Of a DNA stretch of 32,386 nucleotides, positions 1-9,169 are shown one piece after another; within the stretch, counting starts at the first letter, position 1, and every line of letters begins with the position of its first letter. Both the position numbers and the translations under genes were made by a program. Below the pieces are notes generated by a model. The model saw only the letters and a program-made list of their open reading frames with translations. It was not told the origin of the DNA and did no database searches. This stretch comes from an uncultured cyanobacterium (GTDB lineage: Bacteria; Cyanobacteriota; Cyanobacteriia; Cyanobacteriales; Microcystaceae), in NCBI GenBank assembly GCA_963807635.1, contig CAWEDJ010000064.1:1-32386 (forward strand). The letters are read 5' to 3'.

Positions 1-233
1 TTATAGACGAAACAGGAGATAGAAAAAAAGGGAATAAAACAGATTATGTGAAGAGACAATACAGAGGAAATCTAGGAAAGATAGAAAATGGAATAGTGGC
101 AGTAACAGCCTATGGCGTAATAAGAGGAATGACATTCCCCCTTATTAAGTGAAGTGTACAAACCAAAGTCAAGATTAAAAGAAGGAGATGAATACAAAAG
201 TAAGCCAAAAATTGCAGGAGAAATGATTAAAAA
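1..233 (+). mobile_element. IS701-family transposase fragment (enters from window edge, truncated at 233)
   Basis: Frame 3 reads IDETGDRKKGNKTDYVKRQYRGNLGKIENGIVAV...YKSKPKIAGEMIK, the IS701 first catalytic-D region. It is absent from the ORF track because there is no start in the window. Similarity stops at the TIR at 234. Confidence 0.85.
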
Positions 234-581
234 CCACATTCCGCAGGTTGACTCAAGGAACAAGATAATACATTTGTACTACTTTTTCTTTCCGTAGATT
301 AGTTTGTTGGGTCAGGAATACTTCTGAAAAAGCTGCGTTTCCTATGTGATAAAGCTTTGAAGACTTTTCGGCTAGAAATATTTCTCTCTACTGTTAATTT
401 TTTCATCAAACAAAATGAGAGCATTCGTCATCAGAAAAAAGATACCTGCTGGATTCACTATCACGATAAGCCTATTTTTCGGTTTGGTATAAGCCCATGA
501 ATAAGACAGTAATTCGCACAACCCTTGTTCTGTAAGGATTTTAAAATTGTTTAAAAGTTCTTTGGCACCTGCGGAACGTGG
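234..581. mobile_element. MITE / internally deleted IS with 15-bp terminal inverted repeats (IS1634-like ends)
   Basis: CCACATTCCGCAGGT (234-248) and ACCTGCGGAACGTGG (567-581) are a 14/15 inverted match. There is no transposase-length ORF. The minus strand ends ...MYYLVP* just inside the left TIR, as I recall for cyanobacterial IS1634 transposase C-termini. Confidence 0.7.
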
Positions 582-685
582 GTTGAAAGGATTCCATGAA
601 TCCATAAGCGTGGGTTATCACACACAATAGCGGAGAGCCGGAATTCCAACTAATGCTTGTTTCCTGACGCTAAAAACACTTGAAA

Positions 686-1880
686 TCACACTTCAGAACA
701 GTAACTAATACCAGCCTTTTTCAAACGCTCCAATGCTTCACCCAAGCGATCGCAGTCAGCAATCAAACTAATCCGCACATAGCCTTCACCGCCTTCCCCA
801 AAAGCATTGCCTGGCGTAAAGACAACCCCCGTTGTTTCCAACACATTTAAGGCAAAATCAGCAGAAGTCATCCCCACAGGACAAGGAATCCAGAGATACA
901 TCGTCGCCTTAGAAGGAGCCACATTCCAGCCCAATTCCTTCAAACCCTTCAGAAAAAAGTCCCGTCTTTCGGAATAGCGTTGTTGAGCTTCTTGAATATA
1001 ACTTTCGGGTAACTGGAGGGCCGTTTCAGCGGACCTTTTGTACTGCCCGAAAGATCCCATAATCAAAATTCGTTTTGAGGGTGCGTAATCCCTGAATAAT
1101 ATCCGTATTACCAACCACAAAGCCGACCCGCCAACCCGCCATTGTATAGGTTTTAGATAACGTATGAAACTCCACACTCAGTTCCTTTGCCCTGGGAATT
1201 TCTAATAGACTGGTGGGCTGATAACCATCAAACGCTAATTCGGCATAGCATAAATCGTGGACTAACATCACCTCGTAATGGTGCGCCCAATCAACAATTT
1301 GTTCATAAAATTCCCTGGGAGCGGTGGCACTCGTCGGATTATTGGGATAATTGAAAAAAAGCATCTTCGCTTGTTGGGCAACGTCTTCAGGAATTGCCTC
1401 TAGATCAATTAACCAATTATTTTCCGCCTTCAACATCAAATGATGGATTTGTCCGCCTGCAATCACTGGCCCGCGAAAATGGACGGGATAGGAGGGATTG
1501 GGGACTAATATCACATCGCCTGGATTAATATAAGCCAAGGCCAAATGTCCTAAGCCTTCCTTGGAGCCAACCAGGGGTAATGCTTCACTATTGGGATCAA
1601 GTTCAACGCCGTACCGACGCAGATACCATTGGGCAATACTCTGGCGAAAACTGCTCGTTCCTTCAAAGGGCGGATAACCATGAGTTTGGGGAGTGGATAA
1701 AGCGGCAATCGCGGCATCGATGGCAGGTTGAGGTGCAAAACCATCGGGATTACCCATGCCCAAATCAATTAAATCTAGTCCCTGTTCCCTAGCTTTTGCC
1801 TTTAATTCATCTAGACGAGCAAACACATAGGGAGGAAGGGCTTTTAAACGATCCGCACGACTAATCCAATTCAGACTCAT
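686..1880 (-). CDS. Class I/II PLP-dependent aminotransferase (aspartate / LL-DAP aminotransferase-like), one frameshift near 1033
   Basis: LIDLGMGNPD, NYPNNPT, HDLCY, HTLSKTY (PLP lysine) and AGWRVG are in ORF 1026..1880. The C-terminus AETALQLP...GEGYVRISL is in ORF 686..1177. Removing 1 nt near 1033 restores AVQKAAETAL. Confidence 0.9.
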
Positions 1881-1952
1881 AGTGACATCAATACAAATGA
1901 AGTCCTATTGTCTCATTTGCGGGGTCATCTTGACTCAAAGTTTAGTGAAAAA

Positions 1953-2024
1953 AGCCGATGATGGGATTTGAACCCACGACCAATTGATTACGAATCAACT
2001 ACTCTACCACTGAGCTACATCGGC
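1953..2024 (-). tRNA. trnT: tRNA-Thr (anticodon CGT)
   Basis: The reverse complement GCCGATGTAGCTCAGTGGTAGAGTAGTTGATTCGTAATCAATTGGTCGTGGGTTCAAATCCCATCATCGGCT folds as a cloverleaf with anticodon loop TTCGTAA and a GTTCAAATCC T-arm. No CCA is encoded. Confidence 0.95.
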
Positions 2025-2215
2025 AATATGCGCTGAGGATCTATCTTACCATTGAAGCTTCTGATTAAATTTTGGATTTAGGACTAATTCGCAAAATACG
2101 AAAAAAGGGCAAATCCATAGAAACACAATCAAAAAATCAGAGAAAACACGGGAAACGACATTCTTAACGCGATCGGGGATTTAAGGAATATTTCAGCCCC
2201 GTTTAACCGATTAAT

Positions 2216-3325
2216 TTAACGACCTAATTGGGTCAGAGACGCATTTTGATAATAATGGGACAGAATTTGGTCGTAGGGAACATTCTGCTCAGAAAGGGCA
2301 TAGGCTCCCCATTGGCTCAAGCCCAAACCGTGGCCCGATCCCCGTCCATCTACGGCAAAGGCTCCACCTGTATTCACCACTGTAAAAAGGGTACTGCGTA
2401 ATTTTAAAGACGCTCGAATTTGCGCCCCCGTTAGTTGTTTACTGCCGCCAGTGCCAACAATTCTCATCGTCACGATACGGCCCTGGGGAGTCATTCTTTC
2501 GGGAATCATGGAACGAATTGCACCCACTCCACCAATTAATTTTGATAATTGGGAAGCACTAAAGTTTTTAGTCCATTGATAAACAGGTGCCGTTTGGTCG
2601 TAGTCCACCACACCTCGGAGATAGGGCAAGGGAGAAGTCCAGACATCTTCCACATTTTCCGTATGTCCGCCAGAAGCCGCATGAAAAGCCGCTAAGATAA
2701 CCTTGCCGTTGTAGGTCATCACCTGTCCCTGGGTAGCATTGACAGCATCGAGGGTACTGACATACTCACTTTCCATTCCCTTATAAACCTGGGTTGCGGT
2801 GGTGGTATCTAGGTCATAAAAACGGTTACTTTCGGCGGTACTTTTATAAATGGCATAGGTGCGAGCGGCAACGGCTTGGGCTTTGAGAGCTTCCTGGGGC
2901 CAGGTGGGAATGGCTTCTCCGCCGACCACACTATAAAGATAATTTTCTAAATTGACTTGATTAATGGCTGTAACGCCTTTCCCCTGACGAATCAGACGAG
3001 TTTTACCGCGATACCAGCGATCGCCGATCCAAACCACCCCGTCTCCACTAGGTTCAATGATTAATTGATTACTCTGCCATTGGCCGAGAGTTACGCCCCT
3101 TCCTCCCGCTTGGGCATTTTGGGGAACGAGTTCTGCTAGGGTTCCTAATTGACGACCCCCAGCATCGGTAACGATCGCAGGAGTGGAGCTACCTACTTTA
3201 ATCTGGCTCATTCCTTTTTTGATCGCGACTCGCAATTCTAGGGCTTGGGCAGGGGCAACAAAAGCGACCCAAAGCAATACAGAGAGCCAGCCAGCATTTT
3301 TGAATAGAGGAAGAATAAATTTCAT
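2216..3325 (-). CDS. SpoIID/LytB domain lytic transglycosylase
   Basis: Signal peptide (..APAQA|LELRVAI), LENYLYSVVGGE, EALKAQAVAARTYA, GHGLGLSQWGA and ILSHYY. Start taken at the MKFILP ATG (3325); the ORF extends to 3367. Confidence 0.9.
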   Translation of the reverse strand: MKFILPLFKNAGWLSVLLWVAFVAPAQALELRVAIKKGMSQIKVGSSTPAIVTDAGGRQLGTLAELVPQNAQAGGRGVTLGQWQSNQLIIEPSGDGVVWIGDRWYRGKTRLIRQGKGVTAINQVNLENYLYSVVGGEAIPTWPQEALKAQAVAARTYAIYKSTAESNRFYDLDTTTATQVYKGMESEYVSTLDAVNATQGQVMTYNGKVILAAFHAASGGHTENVEDVWTSPLPYLRGVVDYDQTAPVYQWTKNFSASQLSKLIGGVGAIRSMIPERMTPQGRIVTMRIVGTGGSKQLTGAQIRASLKLRSTLFTVVNTGGAFAVDGRGSGHGLGLSQWGAYALSEQNVPYDQILSHYYQNASLTQLGR

Positions 3326-3488
3326 ATATCCCGTTTCTTGTGGAGGTAAATTTCTTTTTAATGACATTATTATAATATTTTTTATTTTTCTCAGTAGATA
3401 CAGGGGAAATTATATCCTACGATGGCATTTATCGTTCTGGATAATCGAAAAATAGCGGATCATATTCATTTTTCTGATCTCTAAATCA

Positions 3489-4226
3489 CTAAAAATAGGA
3501 AAAGTATTTTATTGGGACGTTTTCTCCTCGTGCTTCAAGTGCGATCGCAGCCCAATAATTCTGGTCATCATTGGGATTAGGGCTAAAGGATTGCAAATAC
3601 CAATTAGGAAAATTGATAAAACGGAGAGGATTTAGGTTAATTTCCACCTGATTTAACCCTCCACTGATGCCTTCTCCCGTTCCCTTTAAATAAGACTCCT
3701 TTGCTGTCCATAGCTGAAAAAATAATTTGTCTCGTTCTTCAGGAATAGCTTGAGTTAAAAGGTCATATTCAGAAGCACAAAAGAAACGTTTCGCTAATTG
3801 TTCAGCATTCTCCATTGGTCGAACTTTTTCGAGATCAACCCCAATGCGGCGATCGCGATTGATTCCTAAAATGGCCATATTTTCAGAATGGGAGAGATTA
3901 AATTGTAAATTCAAAGGATTACAATCATCGGTTAAATAGGGTTTTCCGCGATCGCTGTGAGTAAAATCAAGTTGGACAGGATCAAGGTTTAAATAACGAG
4001 CCAAAATGATTCTCAAAATCCCATGAACCGCTTGATAACGGCGTTGATGCTGGGGGAATTTAAAACGTTCGGCCTTGATTTTTTCCGATTCTGATAAAAG
4101 AGCAATGCAAGTTTGTAGATCTTCTTCGGTCAGATCTAAAGAAATCCACCAGAGATGAATCGTTTGAACTTCTAAGACCAAATCCGCTTGTACAAACATT
4201 TTGAATATTTTGTCGAAATTTCCCAA
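3489..4226 (-). CDS. 4'-phosphopantetheinyl transferase (Sfp/HetI type)
   Basis: GKP, FNLSHS, IGVDLE and WTAKESYLKGTGEG motifs. The true start may be 4199. Confidence 0.92.
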   Translation of the reverse strand: MGNFDKIFKMFVQADLVLEVQTIHLWWISLDLTEEDLQTCIALLSESEKIKAERFKFPQHQRRYQAVHGILRIILARYLNLDPVQLDFTHSDRGKPYLTDDCNPLNLQFNLSHSENMAILGINRDRRIGVDLEKVRPMENAEQLAKRFFCASEYDLLTQAIPEERDKLFFQLWTAKESYLKGTGEGISGGLNQVEINLNPLRFINFPNWYLQSFSPNPNDDQNYWAAIALEARGENVPIKYFSYF

Positions 4227-4229
4227 TCC

Positions 4230-4496
4230 CTATTTACCATGACTAGGACAGGGAGGGGCAGAAATCGATCTGTCTAGCCAACCTGCGGCTTGGTTGATAT
4301 GACTCAGGGCTTCTTCGGGTTGGTCTTTCAGCAAAAAAACGAGGGCCGCCGCTAGTTCTTGACCTGCTTGGGCTTTACGGTTAGCTTTGAGTCGGTGCCA
4401 GTCTTTAGGCGCGATCGCCAATTTTTCAGCTAGAGATTGGGCTAACGCCGTTGTGGTCAAAGTTTCGGAAGAAATGGTTGAAGAATTTTGCATCAT
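4230..4496 (-). CDS. Conserved small cyanobacterial hypothetical protein (DUF6439-like)
   Basis: 88 aa with DWHRLKANRKAQA and GWLDRSISAPPCPSHG. Start overlaps the stop of the upstream gene. Confidence 0.7.
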   Translation of the reverse strand: MMQNSSTISSETLTTTALAQSLAEKLAIAPKDWHRLKANRKAQAGQELAAALVFLLKDQPEEALSHINQAAGWLDRSISAPPCPSHGK

Positions 4497-5122
4497 TATT
4501 CTGGTTTAGTAAGGGGTTTAGGTGATTCAAGGATAGGTTTAGGATTATTATCAACTTTTTTCCACTCATCAACCTCTCGATTGATCAGATTCTCTGAAAG
4601 CTTCGAGAAACGAGAGTAATCGTCACAGCAGAACTGGGCGGTTGGGCGGGATCAACCAGAGAATAGAGAAAATCCCCTTTAAAATCAGGATTCCCTAATA
4701 ACAAGCGATGGCTTTTGCCATTTTTTAATTGTATCGTGATGACAGGAAAGCCTTGCTCTAGTCCATATTCCTTCAATTGACTCGCTTCGGTGGTAAAAGC
4801 GCGATCGCTCTGACTATCAATCAAAAGATTAACAAAAAAAGATAGAGCCGCCTCACTCGCTTCAACGGGTTCACTGGATTCGGGTTGTTCCATTTTCCAG
4901 GTTTGTCTGAGCATCCGATCCGCGATAGAATTTTAAGACCTGACCCGATTTTTCGACGCTTATTCCTTGAATATCGTTAGATTGAAACGAAAATAATCTT
5001 TTTTGTTCTTTTTTCGTAATTTCTTCCTGGTGGGGATTTTGTCTGAGTTCATAAAACGCTAATCCTCCCCCCAAAAGAACCGCGATCGCGAGTAAAATCC
5101 AGGTTATTTTTTGTAACTTCAT
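4496..5122 (-). CDS. DUF4340-like exported protein, two frameshifts (near 4905 and 4592)
   Basis: N-terminal membrane anchor, LFSFQSNDIQ, WKMEQP, LKEYGLEQ and LLLGNPDF lie across ORFs 4871..5122 and 4585..4914. The tail ENLINREVDEWKK...TKPE* ends at TAA 4496-4498, overlapping the next ATG. Confidence 0.7.
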
Positions 5123-5263
5123 GATTGCTCCATCAAAAAGCTATGTATTGAAAAACAGAAATTTTTATTTTGGAACATTTATGCTGAAAAACTTGAATAA
5201 AGAGCTTAAATCATTAATTACCGAATTTTGTCGTTAAATTTCTTACAGGGTAAGGACATCACA

Positions 5264-5290
5264 TAAGGACATAATATATTATGTTCCTAC
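5264..5290. repeat. REP-like palindrome (GTAG-type)
   Basis: TAAGGACATAATATATTATGTTCCTAC contains a perfect 16-bp palindromic core (5269-5284). TAAGGACAT is duplicated at 5251-5259. Confidence 0.55.
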
Positions 5291-5357
5291 CAAGATTTGG
5301 AGGAAATTCAAGTCTCAATTCAATCTGCTCCAGATTTTCCCAACTTAAAAACGCTTT

Positions 5358-5948
5358 TTGAGCTTCTTTGTGAAACAACTCAGTCTTTTTGATGCCTCTG
5401 GCAGTTATTTTGTCCCGCGATCGCCTAAACTGCTCCTGGATAAAACCGCTCTCCTACAATGGAAAGAGCGAATTTTGAATTATCAACAACAGGTCAAAAT
5501 CACTAAAGCAACTCAACAACAAACGCTTTTTGATTTACCTAAAAATACTTGGCATAGTCCCGATGAAATTAATCCTTTTTCTTTAACCTTACATTCATCC
5601 TTATTTTGGCGGCAATCGGAAACAGCTTTTGGGTTAGAAAATAATCATCAGGGTTGTCTCTATTTTGTGATGGATAACACTCTGCCCTTATTACTTTATG
5701 TCGGAGAAACGAAGCTCACAGCGAATAAACGTTGGAAAGGAACCCATGATTGTAAGAATTATATTTTGCAATATATTGAAATGCACCGTCGTTATGATTT
5801 GAATGTAAACGTAGTTTCGGCTTTTTGGCAATTGGTTCCGAGTAAAAAAATTCTTCAACAATGGGAACGGGAATTAATTCTTAAGTGGCGATCGCCGTTT
5901 AATAAAGAATGTTGGCAATGGTGGGGTCAGCCCTTTGGTAAAGATTAG
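5358..5948 (+). CDS. GIY-YIG nuclease family protein
   Basis: GCLYF-x9-LYVGET, a downstream R, and WERELI...PFNKE. The start may be GTG 5370. Confidence 0.75.
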   Translation: MSFFVKQLSLFDASGSYFVPRSPKLLLDKTALLQWKERILNYQQQVKITKATQQQTLFDLPKNTWHSPDEINPFSLTLHSSLFWRQSETAFGLENNHQGCLYFVMDNTLPLLLYVGETKLTANKRWKGTHDCKNYILQYIEMHRRYDLNVNVVSAFWQLVPSKKILQQWERELILKWRSPFNKECWQWWGQPFGKD

Positions 5949-6615
5949 CAATTTTCTTCCCAAGCGAGGATTAACAACGCATTAATAATTGCCGCCGTTA
6001 CGGTTGATCCGCCTTTACGACCTTCAACCCGAATTTGGGGAATATTCACCTGGGCTAACGCTTCTTTTGATTCAACAACTGCCACAAAACCAACGGTCGC
6101 GCCAATGATTAAGGGCGGTTTAACTGATAAATGGGGGATTTGCTGACAAAGAGCTAATAAAGCAGTCGGAGCATTCCGGATCGCTAGATGGCCTGGGGAT
6201 ATTGAGCTAGACAACGCAGTAAACCTGTTTCCGTGCGAGTTTTACCTGGTTCTACGGTTTCAGCCAGATCAATAGCGGCAATAATCGGATTATGAAAGGT
6301 TTTCCCTACCAGGGTCGCAATCCCTTGTTTGATCATGGTGACATCGGTAACAATTGGAGTTCCTTGACGTAACGCACTGATTCCTGACTGAATGGCATCG
6401 GGACTAAAAGTTAATAAATTCAAATAGTCAAAATCGGCGGTGGTATGAATAATCCGACGGGCGATCGCGTATTCCTGATCAAAAAGATGATGCTTGCCGA
6501 CTTCTTGATCAATAATGGCAAAACTTTTTTCGAGAATGGGATGATTGAGAGAGATGTTAGATTGACTTGGCATTGAATAATTAATAGTCTTTGATTTGCT
6601 CATATTTTTAACCAA
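5945..6615 (-). CDS. cobH: Precorrin-8X / cobalt-precorrin-8 methylmutase, frameshift near 6184
   Basis: SFAIIDQE, RRIIHTTADF, IVTDVTM and TRT, then NAPTALL, VGFVAVVESK and GRKGGS...AAIINAL in the second frame. Confidence 0.9.
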
Positions 6616-6631
6616 TACCTCAAGGAATTTT

Positions 6632-6838
6632 CTAGCTATTTAATAATAGTTGGGCATAGACTTCATCCTCTGCGTTATCCCAAATCGTATCTAATGAGGT
6701 TTGACTAGATTGCAACCAAAAGTCTGTTTCGTCGTCAGGCAGAAGAGTGACAATCGCTTTTGTACCTTCTGGAAGTTCGGTTAAATCTAAGAGTTCAATT
6801 TTTCCGTTACGGACTGTAGCCCACAGGGTTGTTAGCAT
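6632..6838 (-). CDS. Small acidic hypothetical protein resembling antitoxins of PemK/MazF-type pairs (no toxin adjacent)
   Basis: 68 aa with an N-terminal beta-rich ATVRNGKIELL..LPEGTKAIVT segment and an acidic C-terminal IWDNAEDEVY. The family call is from recollection. Confidence 0.55.
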   Translation of the reverse strand: MLTTLWATVRNGKIELLDLTELPEGTKAIVTLLPDDETDFWLQSSQTSLDTIWDNAEDEVYAQLLLNS

Positions 6839-6862
6839 TTTTTTAATCGTTAATATGAATGA

Positions 6863-8654
6863 CTAATTGAAAATCCAATTAAAGGGTAAACGGGCATAGA
6901 CTGATTTGGGATCATTAAAGGTTTGCAAAACGCCAAATTCTTGCTTGAATTTCTCCCATTCTACGGTCAAAGGATCGCTAGGATTCACCGCAGCAAAGGC
7001 TTGGATATTAAATAATTTACCCAAAATAGCCGCTTCTAAACTCTTTTTCTGGGGATACTTCTGCAACTTCCCAATCTTGACCTAAATTGGTCTGAGCAAC
7101 GGCATAGGCGATCGCGGCATTTAACCCCCCAATCTCATCGACTAAGCCAATTTTTTGGGCATCCGTACCCGACCAGACCCGACCTTGAGCAATCTCAGCG
7201 ACTTTTTCCTTGGGAATTTTTCGGGATTGGGAAACTTTATCGAGAAAGAGATCATAAATTTTATTGACGGTTTGCTGATAAATAGCAATTTCTTGTTCTG
7301 ATTTGGGGCGAACGTTGGTGCTAAGGTCTGCTAATTTTGCTGTTTTAACCGTATCCCAAGTTAAACCAAAATTATTGCCGATTTTTTCCGTATTAAAGAG
7401 CAAGCTAAAAACCCCGATCGATCCCGTAATCGTGTTGGGTTCAGCGAAAATATGTTGTCCCCCCGTCGCCATCCAGTAACCCCCCGATGCGGCCACATCT
7501 CCCATTGAGATGATCACAGGTTTTTCGGCTTTAATTAACTGAATTTCCCGTAAAATAATCTCAGATGCTGTCGCACTTCCCCCAGGACTATTAATTCGTA
7601 AAACAACGGCTTTCACCTCATCATCATTGCGAATTTTGCGTAATTCCCTGGAAAAGCGATCGCCTCCCACTGTCTCAAAGGTTCCATCGCCATTGACAAT
7701 CGCCCCTTCTGCATAGACAACCGCAATTTTATTCCCAGAACTTTTTTCAGGGACGGATTTAACCGCAACATCGCTATAACTGGCGAGATCAATTTGTCGA
7801 AAAGTTTGCTCTTCTTTAGCGGATAAACTGGTCAATTTTGCTAATACTTCATCCCAATAGGCAATTTGATCAATAAACCCCTTACTTTTAGCTTCCTGAG
7901 CCGATAAAAGTCCCTGATTATCCGCGATCGCCTGAATATGAGTAGGAGAAATTTTTCGACTGCTTGCGACGGTGGTAATAAAGTTTTGCCAAATGCCACC
8001 GATTAAGGTTTCTAATTGTTGACGATTTTCAGGGCTTAAACTAGCGCGGGTATAGGGTTCCACTGCCGATTTATAATTTCCCACTCGTACCGTCTGAACG
8101 CCAATACCATATTTTTCAAAAGCTCCTTTATAAAACATCGGTTGCGCCCCCAGACCATTCATTTCCATCATGCCAATGGGATTTAAAATCACTTCATCCG
8201 CGATCGAAGTTAGATAATAATCTCGTTCATTCCAATCGACTCCGTAGGCAATAATTTTTTTCCCTGCTTTTTGGAAGGCTTCTAACGCTTGTCTGATTTC
8301 CGATGAAGTGGCCGAACCTCTTGCCCCACTGGAGTTGCGACCATCTAAAAAAATCGCGGTGATATGGGGATCTTGACGGGCTTTATCGAGATTTTTAAGA
8401 ACTTGTTTAAGGGTTAAGGTTGGCTGCTCTTCTTGGCTAAATGCTTGACTGAGGGTAATGGCGGGTTCCGTATCCCGAATTTTTGTGGCGAGATCAAAGA
8501 CTAAAACGGTTTTATCTTTTACGGTCTGACTACCATCTTGACTTAATAATAAGAATAATATAATTAATCCACTGGCTCCAATGCTTACTATTAATAAAAG
8601 AGCCGCGATCGTGCCGATTAGACTGGAGAGAATTTGCTTAAAAAATTGATTCAT
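6863..8654 (-). CDS. sppA: Signal peptide peptidase SppA (protease IV, 67K type), frameshift near 7060
   Basis: VGNYKSAVEP, LRINSPGGS, SMGDVAASGGYW, TGSIGVF and AQGRVWSG. The tail YPQKKS...YARLPF is in ORF 6863..7066. Start taken at MNQFFKQ. Confidence 0.92.
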
Positions 8655-8704
8655 AGAAAAGTCAAGAAAAAGATTGATAGACAAACAAGAATTGTGATCG
8701 AAAT

Positions 8705-9097
8705 TTATTCGTTGATATGGGACTGGAGCCAATTATCTAAGTCTGTAATTACGGTAAGATCTAATAGAGCTTTCCCTAAATCTTCTAGTTGTTCTAAGGA
8801 AAGTTTGTTAAGTGTTTGAATAGAGCGATCGCTAATTTTTCCGAACTGCTTAGATAATAAACGAAGAAGTAATCGAGTTTCTCCCTCTTTTATTGCTTCT
8901 TGATAGACTCGCGTTTGTTTGATATCGCTAAGTAAAAACATAGTTTGAATCTCCTGACGGCTTAATTTAGCAAATTTCGAGACTAACACGGTTTCTAATA
9001 AATCTATGATACCGCGTGTTACCACTGGATTAGAAATTTCTGTCCTGGCTCGTTGTAATAATTTTTGTTCATTTAATAGTATTATGGAAATATCCAT
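8705..9097 (-). pseudogene. C-terminal fragment of an Rpn/DUF2887-type protein with DUF4351-like domain
   Basis: IIDLLETVLVSKF..LSRQEIQTMF..SDIKQTRVYQEA, LLLRLLSKQFG and LSLEQLEDLGKALLD..DLDNWL. The N-terminal PD-(D/E)xK nuclease part is missing. Confidence 0.7.
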
Positions 9098-9169
9098 TTA
9101 TAAATGCTCTAAATCATATAAAAAGCTCAAAAGCAACAAGGATTCTAACGTTCTTGCGAATCTAATGAC

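Noticed and set aside
72..605. ORFs 72..263 and 372..605 as genes
   Set aside because: The first is antisense to the IS701 frame, and both cross the MITE boundaries.
1953..2024. tRNA-Thr as an island integration site
   Set aside because: It is flanked by housekeeping genes; I saw no integrase and no duplicated 3' tRNA end in the window.
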